NCBI GenBank assembly: GCA_002189035.1 | Contig: CM007991.1 | Location: forward strand, 1,488,001 to 1,552,000 | Reading direction: 5' to 3' | Source of the DNA: Utricularia gibba | Taxonomy: Eukaryota; Plantae; Magnoliophyta | Length of the DNA: 64,000 bases | Shown: piece by piece, positions 13,422-26,881 of the stretch | Layout of the letters: each line of letters starts with the position of its first letter | Position numbering within the stretch: the stretch's first letter is position 1 | Notes under the pieces: model-generated | Seen by the model: the letters and a program-made list of their open reading frames with translations, nothing else | The model's database searches: none | Told to the model about the DNA's origin: nothing | Made by a program: the position numbers and the translations under genes

Positions 13422-15848
13422 TAGCAGGTAATCTTCAGACGTTGATCTCCAAAAATATGGTCTGGAAAACAACTCAAAAACACGTTCATCAAAACACTGT
13501 CACCGTCCTAATCCAAAGCTCAAGGTTTCGTGTACTCTTTATCAAATATCAAGCCTCTTGCCACAACAACCTCCCCCCTTCCTGCAAAAAAATCACACCC
13601 TCATATCTATGGCGTCAAAACTTGCACACTTCCCAAATTCAATGATCAAAGCTAACAACAAAATGCAGATACCCAAAAAGCGAAATTACCTGAAGAGAGA
13701 TCACACCTTCAATCCCCCAACCACCAAACATCAATTACCTATATTAAACATATCAATAGGACGGCGAAAAGAGGAACATCAATACATTACCTTCTCAGAA
13801 ACTTCTTCGGCAGGTAAACATGGAAATTTTGACATCTAACTTGGATTGATCCATTCTCTGGACTCACGCGGTTTGAAACTTCCGCATCTACTATAGCATG
13901 GGCCATGCCAGGCCTTCTAGACGGGCTTTCATATTTTGGGTCAACGTTTATTTTAACTATTTATTATCAGAAAATGATCATCAGTATAATATTTGTTATT
14001 AAATTTTTTATAAAATGATCAATTTTCTCGTAGGATGATCACATTTTTAATAGATTCTATTCAGTTCAGACTTTTAAACAGTATTTTCAATAGTGTTTTT
14101 CAAAATTCTTGTGAATTTTTTAATCAAATAAAACTTGGTTTTTTAATATATTCTAAAAATATGTATTAAACATAATATCATTTTAAACATATATTTATAA
14201 AACACATATTTGATACATATATTTTATTAGGCATATTTTCAATTTTAATACATTAACAATTAAACTACTTAAGCTGCAAAAATAAATTGAATGGTGAACA
14301 TAGTATATTACAATACTAGATACCTAAGTTGATGTTTGATGAACTTCTACCTTTAATCAATGTAAAAAAAAAACCAAAACTTAATAATAATTTAACTGTG
14401 GATCGTTTATAATAAGAATTGAACTAAATTTAAATTCTTTTGAAATAGAAAAAGATGAATTGTGATTCAATCGTAATTTAATTAATATTTGATGTTTTTT
14501 ATAAGAAAAACATCAAGAAATATTTTTATAAAACAAGTGATTAAATCAATAATTGAATCATAATGGAACCATCCAAATTACAACTCATTTCTTAATTATT
14601 TAGTCCACTTACCGAACGAGAGCTATGGCGTTTGGTTTGAGATAATGTGAGTTGCCAGTCTCCTAATTGAATATAAATAGAAAGAGTGGTTACGTTTAGG
14701 CTAGCTTTGCTTTATATATGTATAATTGAGGGTTCATTCTAATCTTATTTAAGGACCTATTTCGAAATGAAAGAATATAAAATTATGAAAGTTATGTGTT
14801 CTAAATAAATGATATCGTATAAAGAGAACATGCATCGTAATATTTGATATTGTAATCAAACTTGAATGTATGACAATGATGAGAGAGAAGATAGGTGGAT
14901 AGAAACTAACAGTTAACCTAATTCAGTTTTTATCGTTGTTTAGGTGTGCTGACGACTGGAATTAACTGGTTGGCTTTTGCCCTTGATTGCTTTCTCAAGA
15001 ACAGTACAGAGTACAGTGATGAGTTCAAATTCTGTAGAAGTAGACCCTTTATCCCTTACCTCCAAGAGAGGGCCTTTCGACTAAAATATCCAACTACTAT
15101 CTCCAAAAGAGGGCCCTTTTTTTTACTTGATATTCAACTGCTACAACAAGAATCTGCGCCCAGCTATACATGTGTGTTGGTGAATGCGATCACTTGGGCT
15201 CTGATATTTATGTCCGCCTATTCTGTGTAGGCTGTAGCAGGGGCCGGTTTTTGAGAAGCAAGAAACAAAAAAGCTAGGCGTGGGAGGGAGGGCGATTAAG
15301 GTCCAATGAAAGTGGTCCCTACTCAAAACGTGAGTGTCCCTGCAGCCGAAGTCGCAAGCCGAAGCGACAATGGAAAGCGTTTTGATCCTTATCCCTTTGC
15401 TGCCTTCTTCTTGTTAGTGGTATAGAGAGATCAGGGAAAAGTGAAACAGGAATAGAAAGTTGGGGTCTTTGATTCACTGTTTTTTACAATTCGGGTGTGC
15501 TTGATTTGTGGGTTGACCGTTATCTTTTGTGGATTTTTTCCCTGTTGGGTGTTTTTGTCACACTGGCTTTCGTACATGGTATTGATGCTGCGTGGTCAAA
15601 TTAGGAGTTCTGGAAAACTACTGCAGATTTTCCCTCTTCTTGGAAATTCTTGACATGGGAGGTTCATTTAAGCAGCTTTGATGTCAACTTGGGTTGTTAT
15701 TTGTGAAATGAGATTTCTTTCTTGTATAAAGATAGCTAACAAAGAAGCATCTTTGGCCTTGTGATTGACAGATGAGTGTTGGTGTGTGTAGAATATAGTT
15801 TCCATTATATGACTGTAGTCTGATCTATCAAAGAAGTAGAGGGTTAAA

Positions 15849-16695
15849 ATGTTAGGAAGTGGAGTAAATCTGATTACCACTGTCATAGGATTTGGGTTGA
15901 GTGCTACATTCATTGTCTTTATTTGCACAAGACTGATATGGGGAAGGATTCAAAGAATGAGATCTCGACAAAGATTCGACATTGTAACACGAATCAATCT
16001 TGAGCAGGTATTCCTTCCTTCGGCTTAGAGTAGATTGGTTTCTGTAGTCTACAGTTGAAGTCTAGTTGAAGTTGCAGTTTCTGCAGATTGATTCTGTTTT
16101 CTTTTTGCTGGCAGCCTGACCATTGGATAAACTGCGTAGAATCTGGAAAGGATTCCGGGGTTGCTACTATGCAGTTCAGCCGTGAAATATTGAATTCAAC
16201 GAAGGATACAGTGTGAGACTCTCTTCTCTTAGACAGTAGTCTTGTTCTTCAACCACCATTTCCATCAAAGATTTCTTGAATTTCGTTTGTTCTTCACTCA
16301 TTCGAGCTTTGCTGAATTCGTGAGGGCAATCTGCCATGTTGCAATATTACAGATGCACCATATGCTTGGCTGAGTATCAAGATAAAGAGACCTTGAGAAT
16401 AATGCCGAAATGCGGCCATATTTTTCACCTCTTGTGCATCGACATATGGCTAAGGAAGCACTCCACATGCCCGATATGTCGCCTGTCCATACAAGACTCC
16501 GGTAGGGCTAAGTACACTCCTTCTCCAGCAATGCTTTCCACCTCCGTACCTTTCAATGGCTCCGAGATTTCCTCTGAGCATCAGCAATGGCAGCTTCCGA
16601 TGGATGCTCGCATAGGGGTCGATGCAACTGATCAAACACGAGGTGGTTCTGTTTCTGGGATTGGGATAGAATTGGGATCGAGACGGCCCTCATAG
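15849..16695 (+). CDS. ATL-family RING-H2 E3 ligase with N-terminal transmembrane helix, 3 exons
   Basis: Exon 1 reads MLGSGVNLITTVIGFGLSATFIVFICTRLIWGRI...LEQ (15849-16007). Exon 2 starts at about 16115. The RING-H2 domain is CTICLAEYQDKETLRIMPKCGHIFHLLCIDIWLRKHSTCPICR. Confidence 0.92.
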
Positions 16696-16942
16696 AGGCT
16701 CTCCATTTCAGTGTATGCGCTTCATCTACGTGCGAGTCAATAATTACTTGGTGTTTTCCTGTAACTGTTCAGGTTCTTGATGTTTTTTTTTCCGGTCGTG
16801 CTTTGTAGCCGGAGAAAGATGAATGTAGGTTCAGTCCAGACCTTACCTAGCATTTGACACAATGGATATGAAAAGCACTTACCCAAACTATGCAAAGGCA
16901 TTCTGTATCAAATAAAGGAAATCCTTGCATTATTTCACTTCA

Positions 16943-19047
16943 TTACAATGTTCTCTTTGTCTCCATCTCGATGAGGTTGTGCAGTTCCACAAAATCTTGT
17001 ATTGAGAGTTCTTCTGGTCTGGACTGGTAAACACAAGGTTGAAACTTCAAATCCAAGATCACACAGTAAACATCTTATTACCAGAATACACAGGCTTACA
17101 GTTGGAGAAAGGCCAGCGTTGAGGAGAGCTGCTTCAATTTCAGAGGAACTGCAGATATGCTGCAGCGATTTCCTAAGCATCTTGCGTTTTCCATTGAACG
17201 CAGAATTCACCTATGAAATCGAAGTTCAGACTCCTAGAAATGTAGATGATTCTTTAAGAAGAATGAATGATTATCTTTTGGGAAGGGAAGAAAGAACCAT
17301 TGAGAAGAAGCTTTTGATGGATGGAACTCGAGGATAATCATCCATCTGCTTTAGTTTGAACACAACAATGGCTGCATCAACCTGAACATCGTATGCAAAA
17401 TACCCACGTTTAGGTCCCTTATCAGCCCAGTTGTTTCAGATAACTTCAATGTTCATGTGCTAAAAGTTATCACCTTTGGCTGAGGGAAGAAATTTGTCCT
17501 TGAGACCTTGGTTCTGTACTCCGGATCTAAAAAAATTTGTCAAAGTTACAGCCTTTTGCTCTTAGCAACCTCAAAAGAACAGATAGTTTCCTAAAAGACG
17601 TTCAGTTCGAACAGTGGCTGTATATCAAAACACAAAGAAAACTTGAAAACTTCTCTACCTGAGTAGAAATGGACAAAGATATTGATTGGGCGATACTCAG
17701 ACGAATTTAGAGAAGAATCCACCAAGCGTAAAGCGGCTTCATCCTGGAAAATCAGACTTCACTACTTTCTGAACAACAGTACAGCAAAGTGCAAGAAATG
17801 AATGAATAGGATGAATGACTATGAACAACAGGTTCTTTAGTTATTTCTTGAGAAGAACAACATGAAAGATTAACCAAGAAGCTGCAAATACGATGGCAGG
17901 AAAATCTGACAAAACAAGACACCAGTTGCTAATGTGAAAATTTGCTGACCTGTAGTAAAAGAACCACTTCAGAAAAAATGTCACCCATGGGAAGAAGCTG
18001 TTTCACAACATCAGTGCTTATGTTGAAGGGTATATTGGCAACCACCTGAAACAGAAACTCGAAATGTGTCTTCAAGCGAAATTCAGTGCTACAGAAAAAA
18101 GGTAGAGAGCCAGTCAAAAGGCATACCTTTGCCGGAGATGGGTTTCTAAGGCCTTGGCCTCTGCTTTGCAGCATCGAGGACATATGAGAACGTATATTTG
18201 ACCGTGTAAAATCTTCTTCGACTACCTAGTAGGAGAAACCATCGCCATCGCAGCTTGTTACTCGAAGCATAGTTCGGCAGATATGCTGTAAGTCTTCAAA
18301 GTGCCATGTTTTTGGGTACTGTAGTAAAATGCATTACCTGAACACTGTCTGATCCGGCAAATCGTTCCCTGACCAGTGCTGCCATATGTGGATCCTGGGA
18401 GAGATAATCTCAAGTGAAATTTTATAAGCAATAATCCAAAATCAAGAACACTCCAAGTAGTAAGCTTCATGCATGAGTAGTCAACAGAATTTAATGTAAA
18501 ATTACTGGATAAAATTTTGCAAAACTATATCCCAATGCTCATCTTTAAGCTTAAATGGTAGATTCACGAGAACTTCAAGACGCAAAATGGTGCTAACCTT
18601 TTCAATAGCAAGAACAGTAGCTCCAGATTTCACAAGTACACTCGTCAAGGAGCCAGTCCCAGGCCCTATTTCTAACACAAAATCACCACTTTTCACACCC
18701 GCCGCTGCAACCATTTCCTCATTGATGGAACCATTTAACATGTAATGCTAAGACAATCAAGCAGAACACGACATAAAGAACCCTCGAAAAGAAAGCAGGA
18801 AGAAAAATTAAACAACCCATTTGCAGAAGATGTACCGAACTTGGCCGAGAGATTTTCTTGGAAAACGGCCTCTGGTGTTGAGAGCTTTAAGCGTTTTGTG
18901 GTAATCATCGTCTTGCTTTGTGGGTTTCGGATAGCCAGAGTTTACACGCAGGGATGAAAGGCGGCGTTTTCCTGTGGAAACGGGGCGACCCAATCTTGAG
19001 TTGGCGGTAAAAACGAAATCTTGGGCTCGAAGGAGAATAGAAGCCAT
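16943..19047 (-). CDS. PFC1: Plastid 16S rRNA adenine dimethyltransferase (KsgA/Dim1 family)
   Basis: Transit-peptide-like N-terminus, then RFPRKSLGQ, VLEIGPGTGSLT...VLAIEK, VVANIPFNIST, VNSAFNGKRKMLRKSL and SRPEELSIQDFVELHN. Confidence 0.92.
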
Positions 19048-20449
19048 GGCGAAACAGAATCCAGAACAGTGTTCATTGCCCAACCATAGACTGCAATTCG
19101 ATGAGCGTGATGTAAGGTGATATCTTCTTCACACAAACAACCAGTACTTTCTTTTCTTTTCCAGTACCGATAAAAACAAATATTAGTTTTACGAAAAGGA
19201 GTTAACTTTTTGTAGGCTCATTGTTCTCGCATTCAATTGCTACACAAATTCCTAGCTCGGAGAAAATTCAACGGAACTCCCGCAACTATACAGGTTCTCG
19301 GATACTTGTGTATACAGGTATACTGCTGTACGTGTCGAATCTACAGAACCTACCAGCCGAGCGTTGTGTGTGTTCTTTTTAACTGAAAGATTTGATCTTT
19401 TAGGGCCATGGAAGCAAACGAAAAAATGGGTACCGAGGGACAGATCATTAGCCAACCGCGCTTGCTACTGGCCTGAATCGGAATCCAATACTCAGCAGCA
19501 GCAGAAACCGCCGTACCCTCCATCGTCGTCCTCAGCAGGATCAAAGCCGCCTGTTAGGTCAACTAATCCGGTTCACTTACCCAGAGAGCCGCCCAATATT
19601 CAGGCCCATTGGGCCGATGGGAGGTCCGAACTCTTTTTTCGGGTCGGACCAAGTTAACATCTACAATTTTTACTACATTTGTGGTGGTCAGGGTGGCCCA
19701 CATAAATGAAAATAATTAAAATAAGAAATAAATGTGGGCCCACAGAAAATGAGTGGAGTCTCGTCAATCATCCTTCAAAACTCATGATACCCTCGCGAGC
19801 TTTCGATTGCCAATTGGCTGAGGCCCCACAACTCCACACCCCCGACATGATAGGCCTGTACGGACGAATCCGACACGTTGGTCGTAACAAAATCACAATA
19901 AATGCACAATTCAAATTAAAACAAATTAAATTAGACGTTATTAAAATCATTTATTTTCATTTATATGATATAAAAAATGAATACATACAAAATTCATATT
20001 CGATTAATATTATTAATTAAAATATATTATTTTTTATGTTTTTTTTCTATATTTTAAATATATATTTATAAAAATTAGATATCAAATATTTTTTTATTAT
20101 TTTTTTAAACATAAATAATTTGAATATATTATTAATTAAATTATACATAAAAAATGTCGAAGAGAGTGGGTGTGACAAACATTTCCATGTTTTGTGAAAT
20201 ACCCTACGCCTACGGCTTCGTTTGGGTAATGTTATCTCCTCTTTGTGACTTGTCATGTTTCCCCTTTTATGTCACCGACCTCATCTTCACCACAAAGCTC
20301 CGATTGGTTCTTGCCAAATTTGTCGGGATTCCTGCTCCTGTTTTTCATTGAAAGGCACCCAAATCCATCAAACCCTCGTTTACTATTCCCATCTTCCTCT
20401 CCTGCTTGCTCTTCCTGCGCTAAAGATCTTGTCTTCTTTCAGACAAAAA

Positions 20450-22663
20450 ATGGCGAGAGGAAAAACTCAGTTGAGGCGCATAGAAAACGCGACAAAAAGG
20501 CAAGCCACCTTCTCAAAGAGGAGAAACGGGCTACTGAAGAAAGCCTTCGAGCTTTCAGTTCTCTGTGATGCTGAAGTTGCGCTCATCATTTTCTCTCCTA
20601 GTGGGAAGCTCTGCGAATTCGCGAGCTCAAGGTACTGTCCGCACTCCTCCCACCAATCCCATCTGATCCTAACGCAGGCATGGATCTGTAGATCATGATG
20701 GTGATGATTCAGTTTGGCTAACAAGTAAGAATCAATAGAACCAACACTGAACTGTTTGTGAGCAACAGAGACAGCATATCTTGATCTGTACAGTATGCTG
20801 CTCTGTGAAAACAAACCCTGTTGGGGAATCTGTTAAAGGCCTGGATGCCACATTGTAGGTGTCGTATAGCGTAGTTGCGCTGGTTCATGTGCCACTGTAA
20901 GCTTTCTCGCACATAGGGTTTTTCTGTAGTAATTAATGAAGGCCTGCAATGCATTGGAATTTGGATCATAACGTTTAAAATAAATACTATAAAGCTTTTT
21001 AAAATACCAAGCGTAAAGGGTATCTAGGGTTAGGGGTTTAAGCTAAAAAACATACACAAATCGATCAATTTAATACCTTTATTATCATTTTTTTTATTTC
21101 AGTGTGTCAAAATTGAGTGTTTTGTAATGATGGTCGAAATTTAGTGCTCATAATGGTAATTTCTTAGCATGCTTGAGACGATAGATCGCTACCTGAACCA
21201 TAGTTGGAAGATTCAAGATGGCAGCCCTCCTGACGAGATCAATATGCAGGTAACCTTCATGGTTTTCTGTCACTGTGGAGCTTCTTGTTAATTGATTTTG
21301 TTGATGTCGTGTCCGAATCAGACCCGGGCCACATTGACTTGGCTAGATCACCATTTTGATTGTTGTGTTACCCGATGATAAAGCCACTAGCTCTCCATTG
21401 AGAGGCCGTTGGCTCGACTACGAACACCACCCTTCTCTTTTATGATTTCTAAACTCTATGCAGATTCCATTATGTTTCCAACAGGCTCCCCTTGTCCCTA
21501 TACCATTGTTATAAGTAGTACCAATTTAGCTTCGATATCATTTGATGAAATCTCGTGTAGAGAGTTACTTCTGTCTAAGTTGTTGCCACTTTTAACTTGA
21601 TGCTGCAGCAGCTGAGGGTTGAAGCAGCAAAGATGATGAAAAGGATAGAGCAAATTGAAGCATCAAAGAGGTTTGATTGCAAAACATTATAAACTGGAAT
21701 GTCTTTTTCTTATTATTCAAGAGATATTGTGTGTTGAATCGAATTCAACAGGAAGCTGCTAGGGAAGGCTTAGCAACATACACCATTGAAGAGCTGCAAC
21801 AGATCGAGATGCAGCTGGAATGCAGTGTTCATGCGATTCGTGCAAGAAAGGAAAGTATTCTAAACTTATCAAGATCATAATCATCCGTAGTAGTTTTGGA
21901 TATGGTTTGCCACTTTGTGCTGTATACCATGTTGAAAACATCATAAACTGATTCTCTTAGAATACTTCATTTGAGGATTCAAACCAGTAGTGTCGGATCA
22001 GGGTTAGATATTAGAGAGACTTTGTAAGAAAATTAATGAATCTCATAGGAGTTTATAAAAGGTTTAAGCATGACCTGCGTGATTGATATTTAGTGCACAA
22101 AAAGAAACGCAAACACTAGGAGGTGTAAGTCTTGGCCTATTGTATTTCAGGTGCAACTGCAGAAGCAGCAAACTGAACAATTGAAGGAGAAGGTGAGTGC
22201 CACTTGAATTTACAACAAGAATGTCAATCCCATTTCAGACCATCGTGCATCAGATGAAAAACACTCCATGAATATTATTCCATGATGCACTTTCCTCTCT
22301 GTGAGGATCCATTTTTGAGATGTTTCATCAGTGTGAGCTTGCTTCGAGTTAGTATATTGTTGGATTGTGAAGTTTGGACTGAATCTCCTCGTGCAGGGGA
22401 AATCCATAGCTACGGAGACCGCCATTCTACATGAAAAGGTAGAACACTTGTAATTATTTCTCATCATCCTTCTCTGAACTTGTATGGCTGACATTGTATG
22501 CCCTTGATATGTGTAGTTTGGAGGGGGGAAGCACGGCGGAGAGCTGGGTTTATCGGCCCCTACGGTGGCGGTAGACGCAAGTGCAATCTCCGATGTGGAG
22601 ACGGAGCTGCTCATCGGGTTACCGGAGGGCCGGAGCCAGCCGCCGGCGACATTGTTTATGTGA
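20450..22663 (+). CDS. SOC1-like: MIKC MADS-box gene, SOC1/TM3 clade, 7 exons; exon 4 has a -1 lesion and a GA donor as read
   Basis: MADS domain [51 protein letters not shown] and K exons follow (SMLETIDRY; [21 protein letters not shown]; KLLGEGL...IRARK), then two 42-nt exons and the C-terminal SOC1 motif [13 protein letters not shown]. Confidence 0.88.
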
Positions 22664-22978
22664 TCCACGTCATATGGTATGGTTTTCTCACGATCATGTC
22701 TTCAGTTGTTGGGCCTTCAAAGGGCTCGGAATGCTCCGACCCATTTATTTATGAGTTTGTGTATTATAATTTAATTCGTTTTTGTTCTAATTTTTAATCT
22801 CTTTTTTCAATTTTATTTTTTTACGAAAATATTTTACTTTTAATATTTAGATACGAAGCATTTTCTAGTTATAATTTTAATTATTATTCTAAAAAATATG
22901 AAAAATGGTAGAAATGCCCGATATCAGATATGACATAGGAATCAAGGTACGATTAATTATTTTATGGATATGTGGAAA

Positions 22979-23997
22979 TCACGGTTCTACCCCCGAGATG
23001 GTATCCTTATTTACCGGATTGCCACTGGGCACGGACAACACGAAGCCCGTGAAGCTCTGTAGTGTGGCTAAGGCGGCATTGGCGTCGAAAAGCTCTACCG
23101 CATGCTTACCCCCGTCGATGAACTCCGCGACGACCTTCACTCCGGCCGCTTGCAGCACTTTCGCGATCTGCTTCTGCCTATCCACCAGCGGATCGCCGGT
23201 GTAACCTCTCACAAGGCACGCCGGCAACTTCCCTATCTTCTCCTTGAACTCATCTACGAACGGATCGCAGTATTTGTGCCCCCGATCCGCCCCTCCGGCA
23301 GCGCCAGCGACCACATCAGATCTGCGGCGTGCAACGGAACTATTTGATCGTTTATCAGCCGGATTTCCGATTCGGTCCTCTGTAATCCACCGAAGTAGGC
23401 TTGGTGCATGATTAGCCCTACGATTTTCAGAGGCGCCAGATCCAGATCTAAGGCGCGCAGTGCCGTGTGGTACACAATGTTACCGCCGGCACTGCTTCCG
23501 ATTAGGAAGATTCTAGAGAAATCGGCGATGTCTAACCAAGGATCAGAATTCTCGCCCAATGCCTGGTCTCTAATCCACATTAATGCCTCCTCCGCGTCCT
23601 CGTATGCCGCCGGGAGCCGGTGCTCCGGCGCGAGACGGTAATCAACGGAGGCTATTAGGGCAGGGATGTTGGCTGAGATTTTGTTGCACGAGTGATGGAA
23701 GAAGATAGTGGAAGCACTGTAGAACACAAAGCCGCCGCCGTGGAAGTAAATGAGGAGGGGTAATTTGGTGTCGGATGGGGGGTTCGCCGGACGGAACAAT
23801 CTGATGAACGTGTTTTTAGAGGCGCTCAGAGGAACGTCTTTGGATAAAGTGTAGCTTTCCGCAGCTGCCGCGGGATCAATTTCCGGCGTAGGCGGCAGGT
23901 TCGGGATCGATTCTAGCCTCGTGATGGAGCCATCTGGGTTGGGAGTGATCTTCAGGAACCTGTAAGCCTCCTCCGATGACTGAACCGTAGGCGACAT
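22979..23997 (-). CDS. Intronless carboxylesterase (CXE, alpha/beta hydrolase-3 family); one -1 G-run frameshift near 23290
   Basis: Oxyanion motif [23 protein letters not shown], nucleophile GSSAGG, acid GDPL and His in GGKHAV. Restoring one G joins the two ORFs ([15 protein letters not shown]). Confidence 0.9.
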
Positions 23998-24408
23998 CTT
24001 TTCTCCGGTTGAGGTGAATTGATAGTTGGGAATCAAACATAATTGGTTCCCTACCTTATAAGATTGAAATTTAATGATGCATTGATTGCTAACCGCCGAT
24101 GTAGGTGTAGCCCCGTTATCCGCTTAGAAACCAACCACGTGGCCGCCGGGAAATTGTCAAACCACCAACGACCCACGTAGCTCAGCGGTGTTCGGATCGG
24201 GTCCCGATCTGAATCCCAAGAATCCAATCAAATTCAACAGAGTGCTTGTAGAAAGACAGACAGGTTCCCACAATGGAAGGCAGAAGACACACCCAACACA
24301 CTATATACCCTTTTCCACTCTGGCTATCCAGAAGACCAGACTCGGCTCAAACCACAACCCGTAAGACAGTAGCAAAACTAAATTTACAGGTAGGAAGAGC
24401 AGCTCGCA

Positions 24409-26881
24409 TCAAGACGCTTTCTCGACGCCGTTGTCCAGCGCCGCTGCCAGCGTGGAAGAGCCACCGTTGTCGTGAGAGGCCTCCTGAGAAGAGGTACTCC
24501 GGATATTCTTAGAAGTGCCGGACTTGCCGCCAGTGATAGTACGGCCCATGAACTTCCCGGCCTTGCTCAGGCCACTTCCAACTGCTCCAATGCCTGTTCC
24601 CACCGCGCCAACCCCGGCCCCCAGCCCCGTTCCCACCAGTCCGACTCCGGCACCGATCCCAGTCCCCACCAAACCAACACCGGAACCCACGATGGAGGCG
24701 GCGCCATCCAGCGCGTCCATCGTGCTGCCGATCAACCCAGCCTCCTTTAGCCTCTTCCTCTCTTCCAGGATCTTCTTCTCCGCTTCAAGGGCAGCTAGCT
24801 GCTCTTCTTTGTTGAATTCATAGTAATGCACCTAGCAGAGACAGTGCACATTCAGTACAGCGAAGCACATGGCATACTGCAACAATCTGATATTCACCTG
24901 AATCGTCAAGCTCCCTCGATCCTTCTTGTCCTTGATCTTGAGCATATCAAGCGCTGGAAGCAACTGAAGCACGACTTCTTTGGAAGTTCCAGCTTGCAGA
25001 TCGATTAATGGCAGCTTTGCAATGCCCAGAAGCTTGTCCTGGCTGATATCCTTATCAAACACCTACGGCAGAAAACACATATCAGTTCATTGGTTTTCAA
25101 GCCCAGCCATAAAAAAGCGTAGAGATGATCGCATACCTCAAGAATGAGGGACTGTGTCTCCTTGTCTTCTGCTATGACTTCAAATGTCTGATCCCACACG
25201 GGGTTCAAGTTGTTGTCAATAACCTTAGTTTTCACCTTGAACAGAGGTCGAATATACAGGACAACATATGGATCCGACTTTCCGATCATCTCCATGTTTT
25301 TCAATGCGGTCGCCTTTACCACGGTTACTGTCAACTTCCCGACAGGCTTAAGCTCCAGCTCACTGCAAATGCTCGCCGGAGTTAATGTATCAAGCATTCT
25401 ACTTCACATTTCTGTGACAACAACTCAGAAGCCACTCACCTTGTATCAATGGGAACTCCCCCAGAGGGACAACTATCCTATGAGGCCATTGCAGCGTGTC
25501 TGTTACAATGGTGTTGACAGTGTCCTTGCAAACAGAAGAAAAACGTCAACAAGTTGATAGCAGAAAGGTGGAGATATACGCACTTCAGGAGGGACAAATG
25601 CATCAGCTCTTACATCAATCATGTCTGAAATACCAGGCATAGCAGTTAGACTACCACCAACAGCCTTCAGAGTGTAATCAATACGAGGCTTTGGCTGCAT
25701 CATTGAGTTTACATGAACATTGCATCATTGAGTTTAGTGTAATCGATAGGTTCAAGCATACCTCAGCCAGGAGAGCAACAACTACTGCTGAAATGCAAGG
25801 AATTTCCTCTGAAAGCTGGAATATGGCCCGGACCACTGTGAAAACTTTAAGATCCTTCAACTGCAACAAGCAAGAGCATTTCCTAGGTAAGGAATGGAAT
25901 GAAATGAAATGAAGGCAATCTGAAAAAAAAAAAAAATGTAGAAGTTACCTGAATTGGTAAGGAGGCAACAAAAGCTGCCTCCACACCGAGAATAATACTC
26001 GGATCACCGCCCCATCGGAGATCGATATCCATAGTGATCTGACCTTTTTTAAGGCTCTGAACTCGAATCCCTGGAGAAGTAGTGTCATAACTCAACCATA
26101 TGATGCGGTAGCATGAACCAAGAAAAGAAACCAGGTATTGTTATATGATTGGCTTTACCTTCAATCTTTGGAGCCACAGTTCCTAGAGACAGTTTTTTGA
26201 ATTTCATAGAAGTAATCCCCGGTGGGCGATATTCTTCCAGCAATGGCTCAACAGATTCTTTTATAATAACTTCTGTTGCCTGAAGAACACATTGTATAGG
26301 AAGATGAAACAATAAAATAACAAGATTGAATGATGAAACAAATACAAGGGAATGGGGAATTACATCTGCCACATAAGGCCATAACTTGCTCAGAAGTTTA
26401 TTCAGCCATTTCACCTGAAAGAGCGAACCAAACAACACTTAGAAAGCACTACAAAATATGCCTCAATCCGTTTAGCCAAAACAGAGAAGGAAGTCGCTCA
26501 AACCTGCTCATAAACAGGAAAAGATATCCATTCTGGAATGGCATCTCCGCACAATTTCTTCAGATCATCCCTATTCAGACCGCTCAACAGTTTGATATCG
26601 ACTGCCTGTGAAACCCCCAAAAAATGAAAAACCAAACCTTACACTACATGAACAAAAGAATATCAGAGACGTTCAAGTGATTGCAAATTAAAAGAGATCT
26701 AGTCGAACTCAAAGTGCACATGTCAAACCAAACCATTTCTAGTATCAAAGAGAAACAATTGCATATGGAAACAGACCTTGGAACTACGCTTGTTGCTTCG
26801 GTGACGCATCATGTAGTTCCAACCCGCCATTAACGCGATGCCAAATGATATCCCCAACACCATCCCTGAAACTAGGCCCAT
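24409..26881 (-). CDS. CLB1: Calcium-dependent lipid-binding synaptotagmin-like protein (TM-SMP-C2, NTMC2T4 type)
   Basis: N-terminal MGLVSGMVLGISFGIALMAGW. SMP exons VKWLNKLLSKLWPYV and SLGTVAPKIEG; C2 domain GKLTVTVVKATALKNMEMIGKSDPYV; coiled coil EEQLAALEAEKKILEERK; Gly-rich tail. Confidence 0.92.

Noticed and set aside
14875-15210. Possible C/D snoRNA boxes (ATGATGA...CTGA; GTGATGA)
   Set aside because: There is no terminal stem or recognisable rRNA-complementary guide, and the motifs are short enough to occur by chance.
19252-19657. Short ORFs upstream of PFC1 (MEGTAVSAAAEYWIPIQ...)
   Set aside because: No recognisable family; likely 5' UTR or promoter with site-II motifs. A uORF cannot be excluded but is unsupported.
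24515-24720. Gly-rich GVGLVGTG repeats and antisense Pro-rich ORF
   Set aside because: This is the normal C-terminal region of CLB1-type proteins; the antisense ORF is a by-product.
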